A stretch of 64,000 bases of DNA, taken from Tubulanus polymorphus. Lineage: Eukaryota > Animalia > Nemertea. Both the position numbers and the translations under genes were made by a program. Where the stretch lies: positions 5,734,600 through 5,798,599 of the forward strand of contig NC_134036.1 in NCBI RefSeq assembly GCF_964204645.1, given 5' to 3'. The notes under the pieces were generated by a model that did not search any database, had not been told where the DNA came from, and was given only the letters and a program-made list of their open reading frames with translations. Shown here piece by piece: positions 53,349 to 64,000 of the stretch. How positions within the stretch are numbered: the stretch's first letter is position 1; each line of letters opens with the position of its first letter.

Positions 53349-53404
<56 letters not shown>
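53349..53404. repeat. (TA)n microsatellite
   Basis: Direct inspection. Confidence 0.95.
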
Positions 53405-53406
<2 letters not shown>

Positions 53407-53749
53407 TATTATAATTGATATGATAATGGTTAATTTTGTAAATCTAGATATTTTAAAAAAAGTAAGTCAGGGATATAGAACTCACCTCAGGCTGATTTGT
53501 TTACCCGATTATCTCGGCGATTCGGCGCGACTGCCGTGCGAAGTCTGGAGCAGCGAGATTTAATGCTGAACGAGAATCTGTTCGGCAGGTGTTACGCCGA
53601 AAATTGCGTTGCGTAAACAAAATATCGACGATTGAAACCGTCTCGAACACGCGGTCCCAGCGCGCGCGATGACTTATGGCCCTAGTGCCTTGGGACGGAA
53701 CTGCGGAGAGATGACTGAGACACAGTTAGTGGTACGTGTATTGAAACCT

Positions 53750-54160
53750 ATGTCGCTTCTCAACACGGAGACGACTGATACACAGTTACGGATATAGGCC
53801 AGGGGTAATAATACCGATGTCACTTATCTCCAGGGAGAAACGACTGATACACAGTTACAGATATAGGCTAGGGGTAATAATACCAATGTCACTTCTCTCC
53901 AGGGAGAAACGACTGATACATAGTTACAGATATAGGCCAGGGGTCACTTCTCTACAGATGTCACTTCTCTCCAGGGAGAAACGTCTGATACAAAGTTACA
54001 GATGTAGACTAGGGGTAATACCAATATCGCTTCTCTCCAAGGAGAGATGACTGATACACAGTTACAGATATAGGCTAGGGGTTATGATACCAATATCGCT
54101 TCTCACCAAGAAGAAATGACTGATACAAAGATGCATATAAAACGACTGATACACAGTCAG
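53750..54160. repeat. ~69-70-bp tandem repeat related to a SINE body
   Basis: Units CTTCTCTCCAGGGAGAAACGACTGATACACAGTTACAGATATAGGCTAGGGG, similar to 22841-22875. Confidence 0.85.
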
Positions 54161-55549
54161 ATGAAGGGTTTATGATGCCACTGTCACAATTCGAGAGAAG
54201 TATTTTTTTTTCAAATTCACAGTTATCTTATAGCTAATTGACTACATGTACAGTTCAATCACCATATATCAAAAGGGGTTGGGCCATTTACGGGTCCAAA
54301 ATTGGCCTAGGCCATCGAATCCTTTTTGATCAACTTATATATAACTCAAATGGTTGTAAAAGGTTGGACTTATACATTGGGAAAGTTAGGGGGTGGGGGC
54401 TGATTGTGTATTCCAGAATTGATTTAGCAAAATTTCACCAGGTCCGAATTAACATCTTGGCTTGAAAAATGATATATTCATTTGTTTACTATCTGTTTTA
54501 GGTGGCGACTATTGTCAGGCGTGAAACTCTATGTATAGCGAAAGAGCACTGTAATCTTTACATCATCGCTTGAACGCCCAATGCCATTGAGAACAAATGT
54601 ATTTCTCTTGATATGGGTAACAGGGTAACGCCATCTATTAGTCTTTCGGCAATTTAACGACTTAAAAAAGCTATACTGATGCCAGTGCGGTTTGAGGATC
54701 CACCGACTAGTTCGCCATCTAGCGGATAATTAGTTTCGTAGGTCAGTCAGCCGACTGCGCCAGGTTCTAAAGATTCCGTTGAAACTCCCACCTGACGATA
54801 TCGACGAATGAGTAAAATTGCTGTGTCATTGTTAAACATCGTAGAATATCTTCCAGTAAATGGGTCGCCTTTTTTTCGACACGGGCGTTTTTTGACAGTT
54901 CGGTTTCGATTAGAAATGTCCCTAGTTAAGCCCTGAACCCAGGTGAGGTGTAGATGATCAGTTTTGGAAATGTCGTCGCTGTTTGAACGTTAAATGTCCG
55001 TTGTTTTATGGGCATTTCCAATCATAGATCGTTCACCGCGCGGTTTCTACGGGGAAAAACGTCGGGAAACGAAGAAACCACTTATCCCGTGCATTCGTCT
55101 TCTTTGCGCCCACGTGGGACGTGGATGGACAAGTTTTTGAAAGCCGGCGCTTATAGAATGGCTTACGTCGTGATTCTATTCCCGATCACGAATGTCTCAT
55201 CGCGCTTTCTACGGGCAAAACGGGCTGCGAAGACCATACATAAACGAACCAACTACCTTTTTTTCAGTGATTTTAACCTGAATTTTATTCGGATATACCT
55301 TACGAAAACCCGAAGTGAACTCTTCCACCATATGGCCATGACGATACAAGTCGTTCAATGATAATGATTAGTGTTAGATATCTCGCAATCGAGATACATT
55401 TATTTGAATATTCATTATTTTGCTTAGAGATCCAAAAGTATTTCGTATAATTTCGCGCGTACATCTTGTATCTATGAACAGATGGCGTCGTTTATACTGC
55501 TTCTCTTGTATGTGAATGTAGATCTCGACTGGTTCGCGTTCTGTCCCGT

Positions 55550-58500
55550 TTAGTCGCATTGACAAGTGAACGCCAGCGCCTCTGGCGGTCCGGACAACGC
55601 GGTGGTACCCTTGAATTGAAGGAACATGACGTCACCCTCGCCTTCGACTCCCGGGATTGGTGTGGTCTGTTGGCCGCATTCCCACTGGCTCCAGTCGGCC
55701 GGGTCATTGGTCTCTTTCACCTTATGTCGGAATCCCTCATCACAGCTTCCGGCGGAAGCTTCATTGTTAGCATTGATGGCTGTAAACTCGGCCTTTACCT
55801 TCTGCAAGAAAATAGAATCAGTGGACGGGCGATGAGTTAGAGATACTTAATGTCAGAGGTTCAGAGAACCCTATGTGTCTGTTCTGCTCGCTGCTCTCCC
55901 GCTACAGCTTTGAGGAGAGGGGGTTCACCGAGAACCAATTGCGACTGTTCAACTCGCTGCTCTCCCGCTAAAGCTGTGAGGAGAGGGTGTTCACCGAGAA
56001 CCTATTGAGTCTGCTCTACTCGCTGCCCTTCCGCTGCATGTGAGGAGAGGTGGTACACCGTGAACCCATTGCGTCTGTTTTGCTGGCTGCTCTTCCGCTA
56101 AAGCTGCCGGATAGAGGGGTTCATAGAGAACTTTTTACGTCTGTTCTACTCGCTACTCATCCACTAATGCTGCCACGAGATGATCGATTTCTTGCTATGG
56201 ATAGCTATGCGTTCATGACGTAACAATAATCCTTACCTGGTCTTCTTTGGGACAAACCAATGTGAACGTCGTGGTTGTACCCGCGGCTTCCGACCACATG
56301 AGATTGTTGGTACCTGACATGGTTCCTTCTGGACATTCTAGCACTAGTCCCGGTAGTGGATGAGCTGGATTAGATTGAATATACAGATATTTGTTTCGGC
56401 AATCATCCTGTGGCAATATTGGGGGAAATAGAAAATCACCGAGTTGAATTATCAGATTTTTGATCGAACCGATCTAGTTTTAACGTATCCTCCAGGCAGC
56501 CGTTACGGCATGGGCTCGATCCTAAACCCGGTGTATCGATCATAAGTTACGTCATTAGTTTTCATTTGGCAGCTTTACATATTTTGACGTCGTAAAAAAG
56601 CGTCGAAAACAATATTTCCATACATCGAAAAAAACTATTACGCATTAGAACGATAACCACACTCAAACGTGGTGAACGGATAATAAGATAAAAACCCACT
56701 ATCTATAGATCACCTGACGATGATCTCTAGGGTGAGATCGAAACGTCGTGTATTCTATATATTTTAGATTGAATGAATAAATTCTTGTTTTTAAATTCTG
56801 TAGATCGTGGGTTTGTTATCTTACTATTACGCGTTATTCTATGGGTCCTATGTAAATGGATGACGCGTTCTACATCATCGAATCGGCGGCTTTATAAAAA
56901 AAGCGATGAGAATTTTGGAAATCCTCGTTTATTTTGTAATTGATTGAATTTTACCACTATAGGCTATAGGCTTTCCTTTTCCAGAGAAGCCGTGTGAATT
57001 TTCATTAATGGTTAACCGTTGATTCTACCGAGTTGTGGACGTTGCTGACTTTAGGTAAGTAGAGATTGTTCGTATATTCTACTTACGGCAGTGCGCGTGC
57101 GGCGGTTCACATCCCGGGGTTTTCGGGTACTTTTTACAAACGTACGGCGATGGTTTGTACGGGCGTGGCGGGTACGGTCCCGGCATCGGCGGGTACATCG
57201 GTCCCGGTCCTGGTGGGTAGTGCGGTCCTGGTCCCGGTGCCGGTCCTGGTGGATAGTGCGGTCCTGGTCCCGGTGCCGGTCCTGGTGGATAGTTCGGTTT
57301 CTGTGATATAAACGAATCACGGTTGAAAATCTATGTTTTTTTTAAATTTTTATTATCAACATTAGTTTGATTTTCGTTATCAAAACGTTTACAGGAGGTA
57401 AGTAATCCAATTGACTTATCGGTGACACGTAGTGTACAAAATAAGGTTCATAGCAGCGCAAAACTAGTGATAGGAACCACGATTCTAAAAACGTAAATCC
57501 GTATCTTCTTTGTCAGCGCTTGATCTGCCTCGATTTTGTGTCGATTGTTTCATAGAACTTTTCAAACAGAAGAGACAATTAGGAAGAACGGTTTCACGAC
57601 GCTCAATGATGCGTTCTTTGGAAAAATTAAGTCATACTTACTGGTTGCCAAGGGAAGTAGCCCGGGCCCGGTGCTGCAGGACCCGCTGAAAAAATAATAA
57701 TGATAATTTTCTAATTGTGAGGCTATAGCCGTTTCTGTTTTTGTCGTAGCTGGTTTCCAGTATCTGAGACACTTTAAATCAAATACAAACACCGTGAATG
57801 AGAGATATTTTCAGTTGTGAAGACTCAAAAGGCTACGAGATGGTATTGTAAAGATCTAGGCTACATATACTGATACTGGCATTTTGGGGTGTTTACAGCA
57901 AATTAGCAATCCGTTTCAAATTTCTACTTCGTCCTACAGTAATTGCGGTTGCTTAATGCCATTCGAACAGGGCTTCGCGCAACGTATAGATTTCTATAAC
58001 GTCAGTTAAGCGCAGTTTGCATTGATTTAAGCGCTATATCAAATGATCTTTCATCACGAACAAAAACGATAGTATTCAACTTACGATTGGCCGGAGCCGG
58101 TGCAGGTGCCGGTCCGTACGACGGTTTGTACGGTCCTCCGAACGGTTGGTGAATGGGACCCATTCCCCACGCTACAAATGTACAGTAAGTCTATTAATAG
58201 AAAATCGTTGAAAATAACATGGCTAAGTCAACACAACTTCACGAAAGCGAATGCATATATTCATCAATCTCGTAGTTCGTCCTCACAGAATTTTCGAGTA
58301 GGTTCGAATTCTATAAAAGTCGTGTGCTTTCGAATACAGTTTCGAAGCATTGGTAAATATGTTATTTCTATAGGCCCTATTTCTATTCGGTCAAATGGTA
58401 TCGATTATTTATAGTATCTAATCTATCACTAAGTAAAGCAGTAAGCAAAACATCCGCCAGTGTATCACAAGCTTCGTTCGGGGTATCTTTCGTTTTCGTT

Positions 58501-58796
58501 AGGAATTATTTTCGAAATTCTAGAAGAACAATTTTTCTAGTGTATACTCACGACTGCCGCCCATGAAATCTGAAAAGTATACAAATACGGAAATGAATTT
58601 TTTTACCGCGGCGCTTGAAGTAGCGTACGAATAATGCGCATATGCAAAGCCCGTCGAACTTTTTGTCATTTTCGATGACGATGATATGCAAATCATATGC
58701 AAATATGTATGAAAATTATTCGCGCTTTAAATCGACAGGGTACTTACACGCTTGAGCGCTAGCCAACGCTAGGATTACAGCTATAACGACCTTCAT
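55550..58796 (-). CDS. Secreted Pro/Tyr/Gly/His-rich + CUB-like domain protein C, 263 aa
   Basis: Exons 58796-58748 (MKVVIAVILALASAQA), 58569-58552, 58171-58085, 57685-57642, 57300-57087 (YPPGPAPGPGPH repeats), 56364-56237, 55801-55550; 792 nt. Same exon architecture as gene B. Probable 5'UTR exon donor at ~59121. Confidence 0.85.
55855..56165. repeat. ~65-bp minisatellite in the last intron of gene C
   Basis: About 5 diverged units. Confidence 0.85.
56711..56750 (+). ncRNA. Minimal type-I hammerhead ribozyme within a palindromic repeat (~56650-56825)
   Basis: CAC-CUGACGA-U-GAUCUC[UAGGGU]GAGAUC-GAAA-CGUC-GUG has a complete core and a GUC cleavage triplet. Related copies lie at ~41271-41312 (+) and 48831-48872 (-, core mutated). 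Confidence 0.75.
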
Positions 58797-59604
58797 CTGC
58801 GGCAATTTAGTAAAACAAGAGACATATGATGCTTTATAATACGGTTCGCATATCTATATATTATTGAACGAAGAAAGCCCGCAATCATAGGTAGAAGCAA
58901 TTTAAGTGTGGTAGCAGCGTCGATACTCAAACGCTTCTAGCTATTACCATTAGAATTATTATCATTTTCGTTATTTTTTATCAATTTTTTTTCTCCATTA
59001 TTTCTATTGATGTCTGGGTAAAGAAAATAATAGTAATGATAATAGCAATGATTACGATGATATAAATAATGATATAAAATCTGATAACAATGATAGTAAT
59101 AATCTGGGATGATTCACTCACCTCGAGATGATTTTCCTCGCTCGATCAAACGGTTCTATCTCTCCGGTTCGGCGAGATACTAATCCTGTGCGACGGCGCG
59201 AGGTCGCGTTTTTATGGAGGTCGGACCCGTTCGCCAGGTGGCACATAATTTCATCAATGACACTTCCGAAACGACATGAATCGCTGGTTTATCGGCCATT
59301 AAAACCGTCTCGGACACCCGCTACCCGCGCGCGCACGCAAGCTCCGATGACTTATGACCCGCGCGCTCCGGTTGCGAATAGAACTAAGAAAACGTTGATC
59401 AAGCGGTTTATTTTTCTAGTGCAAAAGACATAAAAATCGGCCGCAGCACCAGCTGTGGCTATTGTTAAAATCGCTGCAAAGTTTCGTTTCAATGAAATAT
59501 GCACATAAATCTGTGGTTGAATTACGTTAATGAAACTCTCAGCAATCACTTGAATCCTTCCAAACGTTAATGTAGTTTAAATAGCAATTTCGATATTGAG
59601 GGAT

Positions 59605-60085
59605 ACAAGGGGTCAGTTACTGAAAGGTTGTTTATTGTAAACCAGTGTTTAAATACCGCGGTACAGAGGTCAGTTGCTGAAAGGTTGTTTATTGTAAACC
59701 AGTGTTTGAATACCGCGGTACAGGGGTCAGTTGCTGAAAGGTTGTTTATTGTAAACCAGTGTTTGAATACCGCGGTACAGGGGTCAGTTACTGAAAGGTT
59801 GTTTATTATAAACCAGTGTTTAAATACCGCGGTACATGGGGCAGTTACTGAAAGGTTGTTTATTGTAAACCAGTATTTAGATACCGCGGTACAGGGGTCA
59901 GTTACTGGAAGGTTGTTCAATGTAAACCAGGGGTTAGATACCACAGTACAGGGGTCAGTTACTGAAAGGTTGTTTATTGTAAACCAGTGTTTAAATTCCG
60001 CGGTACAGGGACCAGTTACTGGAAGGTTGTTCAATGTAAACCAGTGGTTAAATACCACAGTACAGGGGTCAGTTACTGAAAGTTT
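59605..60085. repeat. 57-bp minisatellite (~8.5 units)
   Basis: Unit TACAGGGGTCAGTTACTGAAAGGTTGTTTATTGTAAACCAGTGTTTAAATACCGCGG. Confidence 0.95.
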
Positions 60086-60721
60086 GTTTGTGTAAATGAT
60101 ATATACGTGAAATGTGGGTTATAGTATTTATTTTTTTACCTTTTTCTTTGAAAAAAGGTGTGCTGATAAAAAGTCTAACACCTGACATGATAATAATTCC
60201 GTTGACATGTGTTACTGCGACCTTGATAAACCTTTCAGTTTTCGGCCGCCTATTCCATAAATTACTATTTTAATGCCAGGTCAGCAAGAAGTTTTCGCAT
60301 TTATTCCAGATGCTACCGGTGGCGATTATGGCTTTCTCGGCAAACTGCATCAATCAGATTGTTCTCGGAGAAAAGTCGAGTACACGGTTTCGCAGTACCC
60401 ATAAAGGGACGCTTTGGTTTGGTATACGCTCGCGTTACGCGACAGTTCCGAGAACGGCTTCGTTAGGAGGAGAGTGCCCGTTACGTGGCGGATGGAAGAC
60501 AGGGCATGCAGAGTAAAGCCCCGTAAATACCCAGCTGAATAGATGAAACTATATCCGGAGAAAAGCGATTCTTCATTTTACCGCCGACATCCAATCCTTC
60601 CACTGGTGGTGGAAAACCCGGGCACGTCGCGGACGAAGTTAAACAAGTAAGTCGTACAACGAAACCGGACAATCGAAACGAATGTTCACCGGAGTGGGGC
60701 AAGGCGCTTACGTGCCGGTAC

Positions 60722-61100
60722 TGGTATCATCGGAGCCTGGTATTCCCATCCTCCCTCTGCAGGGACTCGAACCTGATGGCATCGCTACACTCAGCCACGG
60801 CACGAACCCCTGCATCAGTAGACCGGGTGCGCAGGTACATGCGCAGCTATCCGAACGAAAACTGGCGGCACCAATCAGATTGCTCGTTGTATAATCGTTG
60901 AGGCAAATTTCAAGGAAGAACTATAAATGGGAAAACCCGGGCTAAAATAAAACGGGATTTCTGATTGGCTAAAAATCACATCATATGAACTGCGCATGTA
61001 TCTGCGCACTCGGTCGATTATGGCAGGGTTTCGTGCCGTGGCTATCTCGATGCCATCAGGTTCGAATCCCTGCCGGGGGAGGATGGGTATTCCCGATGCC
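60722..61100. mobile_element. MITE-like element with ~110-bp inverted arms containing the B-box repeat monomer
   Basis: 60741-60846 is the imperfect reverse complement of 60990-61092. The centre carries CCAATCAG/CTGATTGG. Confidence 0.65.
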
Positions 61101-64000
61101 CGCACTAAGTTGCGGCTAACGTTGCTGATGAACGCGAATTGCCTCGCCTGGAACGGACACTCCCGGAAAGTCAACGTTGAAATCAGATCAAAAAAAGTTT
61201 CGAGGTATTCGGATGAGGAGGTGAACAATTTCTATAAGATATCGAAACTGGTCGCGATTTCGCCGGACGGGATAAGTCTAAGGGCGTAGCGGCTTTTGCA
61301 ATGCGCTCAACCACTAGACCAAGTACAGCGTAATTGCATTGCATTGATGCAAGCAATGGCGAAAAAGGCAATCCCATTATCTTAATTTTAGAAAATGATT
61401 TTAAGCTTTTTTAAAGAAATGCTCGGGGGTAAATACACGGAATGGGTCTCGCAATCCGAGTTGTTACGTATTTCACAGACATTTATGAAGTGGAATCATA
61501 AGAGTCCTACATTTGCGAGTGGTTGACGTGGCCACTAGGACGGGGCGGATGATTTACAACGTTTTGAATCATAGTTTCCCGCCCAACTGAGGCAATTGTG
61601 CTAGGGAAATGTTCAAATAGGCCTAGCCGATGAATTTAGGCTGAAGAAACTAAAATCGGCTTATGACTCCGATGCAGTTTTATAAACCATGGCCACCAAA
61701 TAACCGAATCACCAAATGACTAACCGGTTTTTAGAAAGCATGTCAAAGGTCAATCGTGCAGGAGTGAAAGTTCGAAATCTTTTCCTCGACCTTGAGAGTA
61801 AATGTAGAATGTCAGTAACGGAATGAACGACTGCCTAATGTACGAATACTACCGATCAAGATATTTCTAGTGAGATATTAGCACGTTCATCAAATTTGGA
61901 TTGACATGGAAGGGGTAGGGGCAATCGAATGGAGAAAGCGCTACTACCTTACTGGCGTCTGTTGTCAGTATAGTTCCTGCAACATAAAAAAAAAAAAACA
62001 ATAATGGCCATTTTGCAGATGTTGTAATAGACAGTAGTGTTATGATTATGGATAATCAGATTTATCACGAGTCCCCGGATATCCTAATAATGAAGGTAGT
62101 TAAAGTGAAATTTGCTCATTGAACCTTTAAAGTACTAATTGTATCGTTATATTTTGGAATTGAAATTTATTTTCATTGAAATGTTGCATTATCGGACGAT
62201 ATAACAAATACAGGCAAACGAAGAAAAATGTAACAGGATATAGGGGCTATTTGTTCTACACCAGGTTAACGCGGCTGCTCTACGAATCTTCTCAATATCG
62301 CGTTTAGTCGTATTGCTTTTATCCGTATTGGTCATATTTTCTAAGAATGAAGTTGCCTTGTTTGTCTTTACCTGTGTATCATTCATTACTGAGGGTAATA
62401 AGTAGGCCTACGTATATAAAGAGTGGTGGCTCAATTTAGAAAACGATTACATAGCATTCTAGTTTGCTGTAATGTATGAATTTAAATGTATATATTATAG
62501 TTTGGGGGTAATTCGGCAGTCGATTGAAACTACGTCCGAGTTTCAGTCGCTCTGTTCGTTATCCTCCGACTGTTGATTATTTCACCGACGCGCGTTCATT
62601 TGACTCTCTTTCTCGGGGCGACGGCCGCGACTGCTTCGGGGATATTTCGTCGTCGCTGTACCGAATTTCGGTCGCAAAACTTCATCCATCCGACCAGCGT
62701 CGATGGCACCATTTCGCGCCGACCACTGGAAGCTCGTTACTACCCGGAGCAGTTGTCTGACGCAAGGCTAATCGTCGCGATGCGCGATCAACTGCTGGGT
62801 GTCGATAGTCGACCGCGAACATCAACTAAATAACCAGTCCCAAATAATCGAGCTACGTCATCGGCCGGCTCAAGAACTAATGATCGAACGCGCTTTAGTT
62901 CGGTCGTAACGCAGTTCGCGGTGTCGGCCATCTTGGAACTAGGCCCGAACCACGGCGACCGCGCTCTATCCCGTGGTCGGCCATTTCCGGGCCATAGTTC
63001 CGACTAATATTGACAATCGGTTTCGTTCGGTTCGACTGTAGTCGACTAACTCCAATAACCGAAGTTCGCGCTTGCGTAACACCAGGTTACCGACAGTCGG
63101 TTCGCTCGCTGCGCGCGTTTGAAGTGCGCACTTCGGCGATCTGTTTAAGCGGCGATGTAACGTTAGCACTGCTATACGTCGTGTTAAAGCCGTGCCTCGT
63201 TACAAAATCTAATCGTCACGTCAGAATGCAAATCTTCATAGATACCTAGTCGTCGCGGTTACTTCGCTGGAGCATCTCGAAATGTCGATACGTGTGTCAA
63301 TAAGAACGACTGTCTAGTTCTTTCCTGCCCCCTGTCCACCCCTTGATAAGACACATAAGACACCGTTCCGCGAGTTAATCTAATTGAGACAACAATCATA
63401 ATTTTGAGATGCTCCCTCAACATTTCACCGCGTCGTGCCGAGTCGTTTGCTGTTTTGTAACAAATTTCAATCGTTACAGTTCTCGTCCTCGCTTGCCAGG
63501 GTTTGGTTGCCAGCCCGGCCGCAGAATTTTACGCCGCCGCGATTTTTTTTTTCACAAGAGAGTTTCCGCCATCTTGTTAGCAGTGCGCATGCTCCCCATT
63601 CTATTTGTAAACACGATCCACACGTGTGCACAGTGCGTTCGCGGCTATTTACCTACAACCAAAACCGCGTCAAATACCCGCAAACCCGGGCACCTTTTCT
63701 ACGATTTTACATGATGAAGTAAATTTTTGAAGTTGACTCTTTTTGTCACGACGGGGTTTGCGTTGGCGAGGGCTTCAACAGTAAGCAATCGAACCCTGGC
63801 AAGCGGGGAAGACCTATTCTGCGCGTCGTCTATGCATCGTCTTTTGGGCGGGATTCGTTCTCGAGACCCGTGTCGGATAGAACCTCGTTTAGTGGTTATC
63901 GCAGTTTCCTCGAGTTTATTTCGGTGGTGGGCGAATTGCAGATGTGGTTGTCCGGCGGCGAAATGACTCCTTACATCCGACCCTATATGAACTCAATTAT

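Noticed and set aside
59567-60095. 19-aa-repeat proteins on both strands
   Set aside because: By-product of a 57-bp (multiple of 3) satellite.
60755-60815. Hammerhead in the 51-bp repeat family (CTGATGG...GAA)
   Set aside because: The core is CUGAUGG rather than CUGANGA and the stem III/NUH geometry does not fit.
63699-63982. Possible minus-strand terminal exon of a gene outside the window
   Set aside because: An open frame with a candidate AG exists, but two alternative frames are equally plausible and no motif is recognisable.

Overview
This is eukaryotic DNA, probably from an invertebrate animal: it has GT-AG introns, (TA)n microsatellites, SINE/LINE/MITE debris and signal-peptide exons. 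Every gene I can reconstruct is on the minus strand. (1) 1-13.9 kb holds a tandem array of at least three copies of a bacterial-type trifunctional fusion gene: Gfo/Idh/MocA dehydrogenase (WbpB/WlbA-like) + left-handed beta-helix N-acetyltransferase (WbpD/WlbB-like) + DegT/DnrJ PLP aminotransferase (WbpE/WlbC-like), 1069 aa after splicing. It is interrupted by spliceosomal introns, which suggests a horizontally acquired, domesticated module for making UDP-2,3-diacetamido-sugar. (2) Two short genes missed by the ORF track encode signal peptide + inhibitor-cystine-knot peptides (15.9-16.7 kb and 38.8-39.4 kb). (3) An 11-exon gene encodes a secreted protein with three atypical Kunitz domains, acidic/basic linkers and a Gly/Lys/Arg tail (26.6-36.2 kb). 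(4) Three paralogues encode secreted Pro/Tyr/Gly-rich proteins with a C-terminal CUB-like domain, plus one frameshifted orphan exon (37.4-58.8 kb). (5) Repeats include palindromic elements carrying minimal hammerhead ribozymes, TACGG-ended MITEs and TE-derived minisatellites. All gene models were spliced by hand and family assignments come from motif recognition; no database searches were run.
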